Below, in pieces: positions 1 to 10,960 of a stretch of 64,000 nucleotides of DNA. The notes under the pieces were generated by a model that had not been told where the DNA came from, ran no database searches, and worked only from the letters and a program-made list of their open reading frames with translations. The position numbers were made by a program, and so were the translations under genes. Where the stretch lies: positions 1,056,001 through 1,120,000 of the forward strand of contig CAXXNF010000001.1 in assembly GCA_963666365.2 (NCBI GenBank), read 5' to 3'. This DNA is from Syntrophales bacterium (GTDB lineage: Bacteria > Desulfobacterota > Syntrophia > Syntrophales > UBA2210). Every line of letters begins with the position of its first letter. Positions within the stretch are counted from its first letter, which is position 1.

Positions 1-2
1 AT

Positions 3-188
3 CCCTCCATTGATGAAACCGCCATATGGGCCAAGGCGCAGGAGGTGGAAAAACTCAACACCAGCATGGAAGAAACGATTCTTCATTATCAGCTGCGCAT
101 CAGGAGAGTGTTGACGGCCGCACAGATAGCGACGTGGTGTGCCGGCGCAGAAGCGCCGGCAACGAAAGGATGGAGGCCCCGAGAGTGA
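3..188 (+). CDS. 3' end of a periplasmic heavy-metal sensor / Spy-CpxP-ZraP family protein (partial)
   Basis: Hand translation of frame 3: PSIDETAIWAKAQEVEKLNTSMEETILHYQLRIRRVLTAAQIATWC...RE*. It has an LTxxQ-like motif, and its TGA overlaps the GTG start of the kinase (GTGA). Confidence 0.6.
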   Translation, partial: PSIDETAIWAKAQEVEKLNTSMEETILHYQLRIRRVLTAAQIATWCAGAEAPATKGWRPRE

Positions 189-1966
189 CACAGGAACGAA
201 GTGCCTTGTCTCAGTATATCATGCCGATTACTCTCTTTCTGGTGGTTGCCGTCTTTATTGCACTCATTCTGATCATGGGATACATGGATCTGAGAAGGCT
301 TGACCGAACCCTTGTGGAGTTCGTGCAAAACAGGGGACTCGATATTGTCAAGACGATCGAAAACGTCGCACAGGAAGATCTCGATTTCCTCAGGCTCACC
401 CTCAAGCAAGACAGCGGTGAACTGGCAGTATCGTCCATACCCCTTTCGCATAAAGAATTTTCCATCCAGGAATCTCTCATAAATGCCCTCATTGACGTGG
501 CCCGGGACATTGATGTCAAGTGGCGGCAGCAGGGGTTGAGCGAGGACATGCTCAAGGAAATAGCAGCGCTGGAAAAACTCGCCATTATCGCCATCCTAAA
601 CAAGGAAGGAGAAATCGTCCTTCAGAGCAGAAAATTTGACCGGCACGTCGCCGATCATGCGGACTCGATAAAATCGGCACAGGAAAAAATTGTCATCGAT
701 ATGTTCAACCGTCTGGGGAATTTGGGCGAGATGGGCTACATTGCACTTCGCAGAAAAGACGGAAGTGGCACCATCGTGATCGGACTCGACGCAGAAAAGC
801 TGAAATACTGGGGCACGAAGATCGCCGTCAACAAAGTGATAGAAGAAATCGGATGGGAAAAGGAACTCGTATACCTGACCGTGTCTGATCATGACGGAAA
901 GGTTCTGGGGGCGGCAGGAACATTCCCTGAGGAACCGCCTGAAAGATCACAGCTTCTGACGGATGACATCCTGGCGGGGCGTCTTGACATACTGAGCCGA
1001 AAGATAGGCGCTGCAGATAAGGAGCTTATTGAAATTCTCGCACCGCTGCATCTCGATCGCACCATAATGGGATACGCACGCCTGGGTCTCAAGTGGGATC
1101 GCGCACGGACCATACTGTCGGAAAACAGAAACCGTATGATCATCAGCACCATCTTTATCATGATGATCGGCATTATGTCGACTTTGGCACTCTACCAGAA
1201 TCAGAGCAGGCACCTGGCTCGAATGGACGAGATGGAAAAGCGTCTTCGGCGCGCCGAACGTCTGTCAGCGCTGGGACAGCTCGCTGCCGGAGTGGCGCAC
1301 GAGATCCGCAACCCTCTCAATGCCGTCAGCATGGCAAGCCAGCGGCTTCAAAGGGAGTATGCGCCAAAAGACGAGGAGGAAAGGAATGACTTTTATCGCA
1401 TAACCGGCATTATTCGTGAAGAAATCCGACGACTGAACAGCATAATAGAAGAATTTGTCACATTCTTCAGGATCAGGCGAATGGAATTGAGGAGTCATTC
1501 TCTTGAAGAGGTGCTTAAAAAAATTCTGGAGTTAATGAAAGAAGAACTGGCATCACGAAATATCACATTGAAAAGCTACTGGAAGGGAAACGATGCCTTG
1601 GTGCTGATGGATGCCGATAAATTGACACAAGCATTTTATAATATTATCAAAAATGCCGTTGAATCTATGCCCGCATCAGGGATTATCACCCTGTCGGTCG
1701 ATGCTGTAGGAAAGGACCGACTGGCCGTGAGAATTTCCGATACCGGTGCGGGTTTGTCCGCTGAAGAAATAGAACAGATATTTAATCCCGAATATACCAC
1801 GAAGGAAAAGGGGCTCGGCCTGGGCCTGACCCTTGCACACGAAATAATCAAGGGGCACAGAGGGGAGATTCACGTCTCCAGCAGAAAGGGGGTAGGCGCC
1901 ACTTTTGAGGTTCTGCTCCCTCGAGATCGAGAGACTCTGGGAACCAATCAGGACCTGCAACCATGA
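185..1966 (+). CDS. Membrane sensor histidine kinase (ZraS/AtoS-like)
   Basis: Two TM helices, H-box AHEIRNPLN, N-box NIIKNA, G boxes DTGAG and GLGLGL. Likely start is GTG185 after RBS GGAGG, not position 26. Confidence 0.92.
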   Translation: MTQERSALSQYIMPITLFLVVAVFIALILIMGYMDLRRLDRTLVEFVQNRGLDIVKTIENVAQEDLDFLRLTLKQDSGELAVSSIPLSHKEFSIQESLINALIDVARDIDVKWRQQGLSEDMLKEIAALEKLAIIAILNKEGEIVLQSRKFDRHVADHADSIKSAQEKIVIDMFNRLGNLGEMGYIALRRKDGSGTIVIGLDAEKLKYWGTKIAVNKVIEEIGWEKELVYLTVSDHDGKVLGAAGTFPEEPPERSQLLTDDILAGRLDILSRKIGAADKELIEILAPLHLDRTIMGYARLGLKWDRARTILSENRNRMIISTIFIMMIGIMSTLALYQNQSRHLARMDEMEKRLRRAERLSALGQLAAGVAHEIRNPLNAVSMASQRLQREYAPKDEEERNDFYRITGIIREEIRRLNSIIEEFVTFFRIRRMELRSHSLEEVLKKILELMKEELASRNITLKSYWKGNDALVLMDADKLTQAFYNIIKNAVESMPASGIITLSVDAVGKDRLAVRISDTGAGLSAEEIEQIFNPEYTTKEKGLGLGLTLAHEIIKGHRGEIHVSSRKGVGATFEVLLPRDRETLGTNQDLQP

Positions 1967-3327
1967 AGCCATTGAACACACTTATCGTTGAAGACGGTCA
2001 CTCACAAAGAGAAATGCTGGGAGATTTTCTCACCAAGGAGGGGCACCTCGTCACCGAAGCCGAAACGGGGGATCAGGCTGTGCGGGAGGTGCTGGAGGGC
2101 CATTTCGACCTTGTGCTGCTGGACTACAAGATGCCGGGCATGAATGGACTCAAAGTGCTTAAAAAGATAAAAGAAATAAATCCCGAAATTGACATTGTGA
2201 TGATGACGGCCTATGGAACGATTGAAACCGCCGTCGAGGCGATGAAGCAGGGCGCCGTCGACTATATCACAAAACCGATCGATCTCGATGAATTGCTTAT
2301 TCTCATCGATCGCATCTCAGAGCGGAGAATCCTGATCAGAGAGAACGAAATTCTGAGGAGAAAACTCTGGAAAAAGGGGATGAAGGACAGCCAGATTGTT
2401 CATCAGAACCCGAAAATGGAGGCACTCATCAATATGGCGGGCCGGGTGGCCTCCAGCCGCGCCACCGTCCTTATCGAAGGGGAAAGCGGAACCGGCAAGG
2501 AACTATTTGCCCGGCTTATTCACAACACAAGCCCCCGTTCCGAAAAGCCCATGATCGTGGTGAATTGCGGCGCCCTTCCCGAAACACTTCTCGAAAGCGA
2601 ACTCTTCGGTCACGAAAAAGGGGCCTTCACGGGCGCGACAACCCGTCGAGTCGGCCGTTTTGAAGAGGCCGATGGAGGAACGCTTTTCCTTGATGAAATC
2701 GGCGAACTCTCGGCGCCGGTCCAGGTGAAACTGCTTCGCTTTCTCCAGGAGCGGGAATTTCAGCGCCTGGGAGGCAACCAGACCCTGAAGGCCGATGTAA
2801 GAATCATCAGTGCCACAAACCGCAACCTGGAAGAGCTGATGAAAAAGGGAATTTTCAGGGACGATCTTTATTACCGTTTGAATGTCGTGGTCATGCAGAT
2901 TCCTCCGCTTCGCGAGAGAAAGGAAGATATCCCTCTGCTGGTGCAGCACTTCATCGATATCTTTTCCCGTGAAAACGATAAAGAGATCAATGGTGTCAGC
3001 AGCGAGGCCCTGGACGTGCTTCTGAAATACGACTACCCCGGCAATGTGCGGGAACTTGAGAATATCATGGAACGGGCTGCCGTCATCACCCGGGACACGA
3101 TAATTTCCCTTCGTGATCTCCCCTTCAGGGATACCCCGGGCCAACAGACGGGGGAACCGAAACGGCACGGCAGCCTCATAAAGGACTCCGTTGAAACGCT
3201 GGAGTGTCAACTCATCGAACAGGCGCTGGCCGAAGCAGACCACAATCAGACCCGGGCAGCCGAACAGCTGGGAATTACGGAACGAACCCTGAGATATAAA
3301 ATGAAAAAATACGGCCTGAAACAGTAA
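1963..3327 (+). CDS. Sigma-54-dependent response regulator (NtrC/ZraR family)
   Basis: Receiver (EDG, LLDYKMPG, TKP), Walker A GESGTGKE, GAFTGA, Fis-type HTH. ATGA overlap with the kinase. Confidence 0.95.
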   Translation: MKPLNTLIVEDGHSQREMLGDFLTKEGHLVTEAETGDQAVREVLEGHFDLVLLDYKMPGMNGLKVLKKIKEINPEIDIVMMTAYGTIETAVEAMKQGAVDYITKPIDLDELLILIDRISERRILIRENEILRRKLWKKGMKDSQIVHQNPKMEALINMAGRVASSRATVLIEGESGTGKELFARLIHNTSPRSEKPMIVVNCGALPETLLESELFGHEKGAFTGATTRRVGRFEEADGGTLFLDEIGELSAPVQVKLLRFLQEREFQRLGGNQTLKADVRIISATNRNLEELMKKGIFRDDLYYRLNVVVMQIPPLRERKEDIPLLVQHFIDIFSRENDKEINGVSSEALDVLLKYDYPGNVRELENIMERAAVITRDTIISLRDLPFRDTPGQQTGEPKRHGSLIKDSVETLECQLIEQALAEADHNQTRAAEQLGITERTLRYKMKKYGLKQ

Positions 3328-3336
3328 GCCGGTCTG

Positions 3337-4470
3337 TTACGACTCATCCCCCACAGGCACGAGGTCGACCACCACTATCTCCGGCGGCGCCAGCACCCGC
3401 ATGGGAGGTCCCCAGGTGCCCGATCCCCTGCACACATAGAGCAGACGTCCTTTCCCCAGATCGTACCGTCCGGCCAGGTACGGATACACAAGACCTGTTA
3501 TCCAATTGAACGGCACAATCTGACCTTTATGGGTGTGGCCGGAAAGCTGGAGATCGAAACCGTCGCCGCCGCTGTCGATGACCCGAGGCTGATGTTTCAG
3601 CAGAATGCGATACCCTTCCGATTTCATTAATAGATCATGCTCAGGCGGCGCCCGGTTGCCTCCGAATCTTCTGCCTGCAGGATCGTCAACTCCTGCGATG
3701 GTAATCGATTCCGCCACCTTCACCGACTGACCCCGCAGGAGGCGAAACCCGGCCTTTTCAGTAAAGGCTGTCGCCTGATCAATGCCGGCATAAAATTCAT
3801 GATTGCCTGTCACGGCAAATTTCCCATAGCGGGGTTTAATCTCCCTGAAGAGATCGGAAAGCTCTTCAAGAGAATCCATCTCACCGTCCACAAGATCCCC
3901 TGTCGACACGAGAATATCGGGCGAGGCGGCCTTCACCTTCTCAAGAATCATGGACAGGCGTTCCCGGCGCACCATGACCCCCAGATGCACGTCCGAAATC
4001 TGCACAATGCGCAGAAGACCCACGTGCCGGGGGATACGGGGCGTCTCGATTGTGAGAACGGAGGTCTGAATGTCCCACGCCTCGTAAACCCCGTATAGAC
4101 AGATAATGAGGCCCAGCACAAGCGCAAGGGCCGTCAGTGGACGAGGGGAAATATACAATCCTTGCAATCCTGCCGCTTTTGCAGTTAATAGTGCCAGTGA
4201 CAGCAGATCGCCCAGCAGACACAGCAGGAAGGTCACGAAGACAAACCCCATCCAGGTATAGCCCACATGGGCCGAGAGACGCGCTCCCCACGCCCATCCT
4301 TCCCGCTCAAAGAATCGGACCAGGATTGGAGAAAGGACCATCACCGCCATGCACAGAGAGACCATCAGGGTCGCCGTAAGGCCAAATCGAAAGAGGTTTT
4401 TCAGTCGCAGGAAAAGATAGAGGTGGACGCCTCCATAGATCACGAATATCATCAGCAGAAAGGACTTCAT
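3337..4470 (-). CDS. Membrane-anchored metallophosphoesterase (YkuE/YaeI-like)
   Basis: N-terminal TM helices, then SDVH, GDLVD, GNHE, HQP and GHTHKGQ motifs. Confidence 0.9.
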   Translation of the reverse strand: MKSFLLMIFVIYGGVHLYLFLRLKNLFRFGLTATLMVSLCMAVMVLSPILVRFFEREGWAWGARLSAHVGYTWMGFVFVTFLLCLLGDLLSLALLTAKAAGLQGLYISPRPLTALALVLGLIICLYGVYEAWDIQTSVLTIETPRIPRHVGLLRIVQISDVHLGVMVRRERLSMILEKVKAASPDILVSTGDLVDGEMDSLEELSDLFREIKPRYGKFAVTGNHEFYAGIDQATAFTEKAGFRLLRGQSVKVAESITIAGVDDPAGRRFGGNRAPPEHDLLMKSEGYRILLKHQPRVIDSGGDGFDLQLSGHTHKGQIVPFNWITGLVYPYLAGRYDLGKGRLLYVCRGSGTWGPPMRVLAPPEIVVVDLVPVGDES

Positions 4471-5717
4471 GTGGGCAGACTCTCATCGGGAACAGCGAGA
4501 TGATCGAAAAATACCATCGACGCGTAGGTAACGGCACTGGCCGTCGCCGCCTCGCGGTAGGCATGATGTGCCAGCTGTATCCCCCGGTAGTTCTTCATAA
4601 GTTGCGCAAAAAGAATGATCGACGGAAGACCGCATACATTAAACTGGTCTCTGGTCCTTTTGGCATGCAAAAAAACGCCCTCAGCCCTTCCCTGCTCCAG
4701 AAGCGACAATATCTCGCGATCGCTTTCCAGCGCCTCCTGGAGGAGGACGTCCGCGGGATTCTGATGTCCGAACTTCAACCCCACATGGGAAAAATCAACG
4801 GCGGCAACAACCAGAGTACGTGCATCGTCCCTCGAAATCATGTCCGAAAGCAGGGCGACGGTATTCTGAAATCCCTGATCTTCAAACAGACTCATCCCTC
4901 CCAGGAGAAACTCGTGAATCCCTCCGCAGAGCACCGGCACTATTTTAAAGGGCTTTGCGAGGTAATAATGAAGAAACACCGTCTGAAATTCGATGGAATG
5001 TTCCACCTTGTGTCCGAAATCATCGGCGTCGATCGTTTCCGGAGAAAGACGTTGTCTCAGTTCCTCCACGAAAGGTCTGTCCGTCTCGAGCGTCCCGAAG
5101 GGGGTGATAAATCCTTTTTCGCAGAGACAGTAGAGCCCTCTCTGAATCTGGTGGTTAATTCCCAGAATAACAACCCTGTCATAGTGCCTTCCCCTGAGAT
5201 GACGATAGAGATCGACATAGGTCGATTTCGCCACGCCAATGTCAATGTGGGGGGCAAGGATTCCCGCAATGGACGATTTTGAAAGGTCGATGGCGGGAGG
5301 AGGGAGCGCCGCTTCAACGGCGGCAATAAAAGACGCGAGTGCTGACGGATCAGCATCGTAGGCCTTCCCCGCATGCACGGGACATCGATCGGTCGCGGCG
5401 CCGAAATCCTTGTGCAGGCGATCCTTTCGAGCGCGAAATCGCTCACTTTCCAGCAGATAATTTTTGTCGAGACTCTCAATAAACGATGTCAACCGGTCAA
5501 GAGTGACAGACACCTCCGTGAATCGGTCCGACAGGGACCGTTGTATATCCCTCACACTATGTCGTCCGTCAAGAAGTTCAAGAATCGCGTAAAGCCCCAT
5601 ATCGAGTGCGAGGTCGCCGTCAACGAGTCTGAGCGGATCCAGGAAGGCAATCAATCGCCGCCCCTGCACCCGGGCGGGAATAAGTTGGAGGTCTCTTCTC
5701 AAGAGGGGATGTTCCAT
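4467..5717 (-). CDS. amrB: MEMO1 / AmmeMemoRadiSam system protein B with N-terminal extension
   Basis: APHID, GINH, EHSIE, VDFSHVG and CG motifs. Probable start is MEHPLL at 5717. Confidence 0.85.
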   Translation of the reverse strand: MEHPLLRRDLQLIPARVQGRRLIAFLDPLRLVDGDLALDMGLYAILELLDGRHSVRDIQRSLSDRFTEVSVTLDRLTSFIESLDKNYLLESERFRARKDRLHKDFGAATDRCPVHAGKAYDADPSALASFIAAVEAALPPPAIDLSKSSIAGILAPHIDIGVAKSTYVDLYRHLRGRHYDRVVILGINHQIQRGLYCLCEKGFITPFGTLETDRPFVEELRQRLSPETIDADDFGHKVEHSIEFQTVFLHYYLAKPFKIVPVLCGGIHEFLLGGMSLFEDQGFQNTVALLSDMISRDDARTLVVAAVDFSHVGLKFGHQNPADVLLQEALESDREILSLLEQGRAEGVFLHAKRTRDQFNVCGLPSIILFAQLMKNYRGIQLAHHAYREAATASAVTYASMVFFDHLAVPDESLPT

Positions 5718-5797
5718 GCCGGTCCTTTCTTTTATCGTTACGCCCCTATGATAGTCGATGATCCGCCGGGGATCAAAGGATATCTCTCCCCCGAATC

Positions 5798-7231
5798 CTA
5801 CAGGTAGGGCGACAGCAGCCAGGCAAGGGCATCGCGCACCTTTTCGGGAAAGGGCCGTCCATCGATCTCCTGAAGTGAAAGAGGGCGAGACCGGTCTCTC
5901 ACCTCTTCGGCATAGACGGCAAGACACGATGCCAGCGACCGATCATAGACTTCCACGGCCAGTTCAAAATTGAGCCGAAGGCTTCGCGGATCGATGTTCG
6001 CCGACCCGATATGCACATAATGGTTATCGACGATAAAAAGCTTGGTGTGTACAAAGGGCGCCGGCTGATAGTAAATCCGGACGCCCCGTTCCAGCAGCTC
6101 CCAGAGCATATTGCGGGTCGCCCAGTGCACCAGGGCCAGATTATTTTTTTCAGGCAATATGATCGTCACTTCCACTCCCCTCAGGGCAGTCGCCTGCAGT
6201 GACGCCAAGAGCCCCCGGGGAGGAATAAAATAAGGGGTCATAATGATCACCGATGATCGAGCCGAGGACACGGCGCCCACCAAGATCATGGAAAGCTTGT
6301 CGAGATCCTCGTTGGGACCTTCCGTAATAACCCTGCATATGGCCGACCCCTGCCCCTGGCGTCTCTGAGTCGCTTTTTTTTCGTAACGGCCCGTAAGAAA
6401 ACGCCAGTCTTCAAAAAACACGGATTCAACCTGTTCCACAATGGGACCGGCAAGGCGAAAGTGGATGTCCACCACCCGGTTGGGGTTTTCAATCCTTTCC
6501 GCAAGATGGCGATCGCCGATGTTCATGCCTCCTGTAAAACCTTCCACTCCGTCCACTACAAGGATTTTTCTATGATTCCTGAGGTTTATATGCAGGCTGG
6601 GAGGAAACAGTCTCGGCGGAAGGAACCGCGCCACCGACACCCCCCTTCTTTTAAGGAGAGTCCCCGCACGCGGCCAGGAATAGAGCTCTCCAAACCCGTC
6701 TATGATTACCCTCACATCGATCCCCCGGGTAACGGCCCGTCCCAGTGCATCAATGAAGCGCCGCCCCGTCTCATTGGTTTCGAAGATATAGGTGGTGAGA
6801 ACGATCGATATCTGCGCACTCTCGATCGCTGCAAGCATTGCGGTATAGGTCTGTTCCCCATTGTGAAGAATATCGATCCGGTTTTCTCCGACCAGAGGTT
6901 TTTTCGTGATCACATCGGAGATATGCAGAAGATCGGCATAGGCATCTGCCGATTGGGCGGGTACGGCATAGACTTCGGCAGTATGAGGGCTCTGTTCCGC
7001 AACTGAGGCATCGGGAGCGTGCCCCCGAAGTTTTATCGCCCGGGTGCGCACCCGATTGATGCCGAAGAGAAAATAGATGAACGGCCCCCCAAAGGGAATG
7101 ATGAGGCACAGGGCCATCCATCCAAGGGATGCTTTGGGATCGCGCTTGCTGAGGAGCGCATGCCCTGCACTCACAATGGCAAGGACAAAGGCCGCCACGG
7201 TAACGGTGTAATCAATAATGTCCGACATCAC
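5798..7231 (-). CDS. cls: Cardiolipin synthase
   Basis: N-terminal PLDc_N TM hairpin and two HKD motifs (NHRKILVVD, HTKLFIVD). Confidence 0.92.
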   Translation of the reverse strand: MMSDIIDYTVTVAAFVLAIVSAGHALLSKRDPKASLGWMALCLIIPFGGPFIYFLFGINRVRTRAIKLRGHAPDASVAEQSPHTAEVYAVPAQSADAYADLLHISDVITKKPLVGENRIDILHNGEQTYTAMLAAIESAQISIVLTTYIFETNETGRRFIDALGRAVTRGIDVRVIIDGFGELYSWPRAGTLLKRRGVSVARFLPPRLFPPSLHINLRNHRKILVVDGVEGFTGGMNIGDRHLAERIENPNRVVDIHFRLAGPIVEQVESVFFEDWRFLTGRYEKKATQRRQGQGSAICRVITEGPNEDLDKLSMILVGAVSSARSSVIIMTPYFIPPRGLLASLQATALRGVEVTIILPEKNNLALVHWATRNMLWELLERGVRIYYQPAPFVHTKLFIVDNHYVHIGSANIDPRSLRLNFELAVEVYDRSLASCLAVYAEEVRDRSRPLSLQEIDGRPFPEKVRDALAWLLSPYL

Positions 7232-7490
7232 TTCCCCTGTCGTTTCAATTCAGTTCGATGATTTCAGTGTTGAGACAATCGTGCAGGCCTATTCACATCC
7301 TAAGATGTCGCCTTGCTTTTTCTCGTCACTGCCTGTTTCCTTAATACGTAATGTATACAAAGATTTAAGTCAAGTTTCTCTTGAAAGGTGACCAAAATCA
7401 CACCGCGAACGGCCGCGATTGTCCCCTTACGGCTTGACTTTTAAGGAAAAGTTCATATGTTATCATCTAAAGAACGAAGGGAGCAGTCAT

Positions 7491-7712
7491 ATGAAAGAAA
7501 AAGTCCAAAAAGCGCTTGATGAAATACGGCCCGCTCTTCAGGCCGACGGCGGTGATGTGGAATTAGTCAATGTCAGCGACGACGGCATAGTAACGGTCAA
7601 GCTTGTCGGCGCCTGCGGCGGCTGTCCCATGGCCCAAATGACTCTGAAGGGCGGCATCGAAACACGTCTGAAACAGGTCATTCCCGAAGTAAAAGAAGTC
7701 GTTCCGGCTTAA
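7491..7712 (+). CDS. NifU C-terminal / Nfu-type Fe-S carrier protein
   Basis: IRPALQADGGDVELV...GACGGCP. Start is ATG7491 after RBS GGGAG. Confidence 0.92.
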   Translation: MKEKVQKALDEIRPALQADGGDVELVNVSDDGIVTVKLVGACGGCPMAQMTLKGGIETRLKQVIPEVKEVVPA

Positions 7713-7742
7713 TTGTTTTTCTGGAAGAGTGTTACCGCGCAC

Positions 7743-7772
7743 GAACCCGCCCTCTGGGCGGGTTCACTCTTT
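7743..7772. terminator. Intrinsic terminator between convergent nfu and ilvE
   Basis: Perfect 10-bp stem GAACCCGCCC-TCT-GGGCGGGTTC followed by ACTCTTT. Confidence 0.7.
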
Positions 7773-7794
7773 CAGAGACAAAGGAATGTACCGG

Positions 7795-8718
7795 TCACCA
7801 CTCCGAATCCACAGTGGTAGACCACTTTTCGAAACGTCGGTCCTCTCCATTGAGAATCTTTTCCATTATTCCGCTTAACGCCCTTGTTACCGGTCCCGGA
7901 ACGTCCCTCATCACACGATCTTCGATCTTCTTTACGGGAATCAACTTGTTGGGAGTACCCGACAGAAATATCTCATCGGCCTCAAAAAGGAGTGTGGGGG
8001 GAAGGTGCGCTTCTCCGGTTTCGATCCCCTCCGTCCTGGCCACTTCGAGAAGAGAGCGCCGGGTAATGCCGTCGAGGACACGTCCCAGCGCCGGCGTCAG
8101 CAAAGTGCCTCCTTGGACGATAAAAATCGATTCCGTGGCCCCTTCGGCGATATAACCCTCGGTGTCGCACATGAGCGCAAAATCGAACCCCCTTCTACGG
8201 GCATCGCTGCGCGCCACCATGCCGTTCAGATAGTTGGCGGCGGCCTTCGCCTCTATGGGAACCGTGTGGGGATCAAGTTTTCGCCAGCGGGAAATCCCCA
8301 CCGTGGCCCCGTGATCAAAGGACCCGGAAGACCCGTCTCCATAAGAGCGTGAATCAATGACACACACTGCCACGTCAAGAGTGCGCTGAGGCGGATTCAC
8401 ATCAAAAGCGATCTGAGGATAGTAGCAGATAATTTTTATCATCCCATCCCTCGCTCTGCTTTTCCGCAGAGTTTTCAAAACGGCGCGACCGCACTCCTCC
8501 CGTGACAGGGGAATCTCCATATCAAGGAGTTCCGCCGTTCGAAAAAGGCGGTCCAGGTGATCCTGAAGGCGGAAAATCGCCCGTCCCTCCGATATCTCCT
8601 GAAATCCAAGCACCTCAAAGATTGCGGAACCCCGCCCCACACAGTGCGACAAGAGGTGAACGGTGGCCTCCTGCCAGGGAACGAACGTTCCGTTTATGTA
8701 TACAATCGCTTCATTCAT
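7795..8718 (-). CDS. ilvE: Branched-chain amino acid aminotransferase (class IV PLP)
   Basis: YINGTFV, FRLQDHLDRL, AKAAANY (PLP Lys), EGATES, LDGITR. Confidence 0.85.
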   Translation of the reverse strand: MNEAIVYINGTFVPWQEATVHLLSHCVGRGSAIFEVLGFQEISEGRAIFRLQDHLDRLFRTAELLDMEIPLSREECGRAVLKTLRKSRARDGMIKIICYYPQIAFDVNPPQRTLDVAVCVIDSRSYGDGSSGSFDHGATVGISRWRKLDPHTVPIEAKAAANYLNGMVARSDARRRGFDFALMCDTEGYIAEGATESIFIVQGGTLLTPALGRVLDGITRRSLLEVARTEGIETGEAHLPPTLLFEADEIFLSGTPNKLIPVKKIEDRVMRDVPGPVTRALSGIMEKILNGEDRRFEKWSTTVDSEW

Positions 8719-8773
8719 CAAAGACTGTCCTTTCAAGATTGCATATACCCTGCAATGCCATGGCCTTCATGAT

Positions 8774-10576
8774 TTATTGTTGCCTTCCCATGAGCACCGT
8801 TATTTCCTCACTGCCGATTTTTTCCTTCTCCAAAAGAAGGGCGGCCCCTTTTTCGAGCACTTCCTGCTTTTCCCTGAGAATTTTCAGCGCCCTTTCATAC
8901 TGCCCGGTAATAATTTTTCGTATTTCAGCATCGATGGTCTCCGACGTCTGTTCGCTGTAATCACTCCGCTGGGGCAGGCCGGCATCCAGAAAGGCATTAC
9001 CCTTTTCACTCGCCAGATATACCTGTCCAAGGACGCTGCTCATGCCGTATTCCTTGACCATGCGTTTTGCGATATCCGTAGCCCGGGCAATGTCGTTGTG
9101 GGCACCCGTCGAAATATCCCCGAAGATAACCTCCTCGGCGACACGACCTCCCAGCAGCGTGGCTATTTTGGCGAGAAGCTCTGTTCTGCTCAAGAGAAAT
9201 CGGTCTTCCGTAGGCGCCTGCATGGTATAGCCCAGGGCCGCAATGCCCCTGGGAATAATCGAAATTTTCTGCACCGGATCGGCGCCGGGAAGAGAGAGAG
9301 CCACCAGGGCGTGTCCCATCTCATGGTGGGCCACGATCTCCCGTTCGTGTACATTGATAAGGCGATTTTTCTTTTCAAGCCCGGCAATTACCCGTTCCAC
9401 TGCCTCTTCGAATTCGGCCATGCCCACCGCCTGTTTTCCCCCTCTTACGGCAAGAAGGGCCGCCTCGTTTACCAGATTCGCCAGATCAGCCCCCACCATT
9501 CCCGGCGTCATGCCGGCGAGTCGTTCTATATCGAGATTAGCGTCTGATTTAATGTTCTTGAGATGTACTTTTAGTATTTCTTCCCTGCCTTTTTTGTCGG
9601 GCCGGTCCACCAGCACATGACGATCGAATCTTCCCGGTCGCAGGAGCGCCGGATCCAGAATCTCCGGCCGGTTTGTTGCCGCCATGAGTATAACGCCCAC
9701 CTTGGGATCAAAGCCATCCATTTCAACAAGCAGCTGATTAAGCGTCTGCTCCCGTTCGTCGTGGCCGCCGGTCATACCCACTCCCCGCGCCTTGCCGAGC
9801 GCATCGAGCTCGTCGATAAAAATGATGCAGGGGGCGCGCCCCTTTGCCTGCACAAAGAGGTCCCGCACCCGAGCGGCGCCAAGCCCAACAAACATCTCGA
9901 CAAATTCGGAACCGCTAAGGCTGAAAAAGGGAACGCCGCTTTCGCCGGCTACCGCCTTGGCAAGCAGTGTTTTCCCCGTCCCGGGAGGACCTACCAGAAG
10001 AATCCCCTTGGGAATCTTTCCTCCCAGTGCGGTAAATTTATCCGGCGTTTTCAGAAAATCGATCACCTCCACCAGTTCCTGCTTCGCCTCGTCGACACCA
10101 GCCACATCCTTGAAGGTGACATTCAGTTCGTTTTCCATGTAAATTTTGGCTTTGTTTTTCCCCAGGGTCATAAAACCGGGCTGGCCGCCGGTCATTCGCT
10201 TCATCATGAAATACCAGATGCCGATGAAAATAAGGATGGGGAACACCCAGGACATGAGATTGGCAAGAAAGGTCGATTCCACCTCTCCCTTAAATGTGAC
10301 ATTGTACTTCGCGAGCATCTGCGAAAGTTCCTGATCGACCCTCACCGTTTTGAAGGATTTCAGTTGCTCTCCCGCCGCGTCGGCTTTCATTTTCCCATGG
10401 ATCTCGTTGGCCGAAACGGCTATTTCCACAACCTTCCCTTCTTCAAGCAGCGATAAAAACGTGCTGTAGGGAATCCTTTGAACGGCAAGCATAGAGGCAA
10501 GATAGTTCTGGACTATCAATACCACCCATACTCCCAGCATTACGTACCAGATCGAAAACTTGTGATGCTTTTCCAT
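8774..10576 (-). CDS. ftsH: ATP-dependent zinc metalloprotease FtsH
   Basis: Two TM helices, [16 protein letters not shown] region [10 protein letters not shown], zinc motif HEMGH. Confidence 0.96.
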   Translation of the reverse strand: MEKHHKFSIWYVMLGVWVVLIVQNYLASMLAVQRIPYSTFLSLLEEGKVVEIAVSANEIHGKMKADAAGEQLKSFKTVRVDQELSQMLAKYNVTFKGEVESTFLANLMSWVFPILIFIGIWYFMMKRMTGGQPGFMTLGKNKAKIYMENELNVTFKDVAGVDEAKQELVEVIDFLKTPDKFTALGGKIPKGILLVGPPGTGKTLLAKAVAGESGVPFFSLSGSEFVEMFVGLGAARVRDLFVQAKGRAPCIIFIDELDALGKARGVGMTGGHDEREQTLNQLLVEMDGFDPKVGVILMAATNRPEILDPALLRPGRFDRHVLVDRPDKKGREEILKVHLKNIKSDANLDIERLAGMTPGMVGADLANLVNEAALLAVRGGKQAVGMAEFEEAVERVIAGLEKKNRLINVHEREIVAHHEMGHALVALSLPGADPVQKISIIPRGIAALGYTMQAPTEDRFLLSRTELLAKIATLLGGRVAEEVIFGDISTGAHNDIARATDIAKRMVKEYGMSSVLGQVYLASEKGNAFLDAGLPQRSDYSEQTSETIDAEIRKIITGQYERALKILREKQEVLEKGAALLLEKEKIGSEEITVLMGRQQ

Positions 10577-10849
10577 AATGATTGCTCCCCGTTTATTGAA
10601 TGACGCATTTCACTGCTGGAAAAAACACATGAAAGGTAGCAAGTTGCACAGGCAAACTCAAGTGAAATGTCCGGCACGGAAGAAACAGCCCAATTGCTGT
10701 CTGACTTTCATGGGACCTGATTTTCATTGACAATAGCGGGAAAGCGGGCTATTTTCTTGCCTCAAGTGTCGATCGGGTTCGAGAAAACGCCGGTGGCCTC
10801 AACAGGGCGACAACTGAGACGTAAATAGAGTGCCGAAAGGAGCATGCCT

Positions 10850-10957
10850 ATGGGAAAAGGCGATAAACGCAGCAAAAGAGGAAAAACATTCCGGGGATCT
10901 TTTGGCAAAACCCGCCCCCACAAGAAAAAAGAAAAAGCGAAAGACGCAAAGAAGTAG
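10850..10957 (+). CDS. thx: 30S ribosomal protein THX (bTHX/bS31 family), absent from the ORF track
   Basis: Hand translation MGKGDKRSKRGKTFRGSFGKTRPHKKKEKAKDAKK* (35 aa) matches the THX signature MGKGDxxxxRGKxxxGxxGxxRP. RBS AAAGGAG lies upstream. Confidence 0.88.
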   Translation: MGKGDKRSKRGKTFRGSFGKTRPHKKKEKAKDAKK

Positions 10958-10960
10958 GGC

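Noticed and set aside
26..184. N-terminal 53 codons of the 646-aa kinase ORF
   Set aside because: They overlap the upstream ZraP/CpxP-like gene in another frame. The RBS and GTGA overlap point to a start at 185.
5718..5927. N-terminal extension of the MEMO1 ORF overlapping cls
   Set aside because: It overlaps the cls 3' end and looks non-coding in this frame. An RBS-supported ATG exists at 5717.
10770..10830. GGTTCGA T-loop-like string upstream of thx
   Set aside because: No cloverleaf or acceptor stem can be formed, so it is not called a tRNA.
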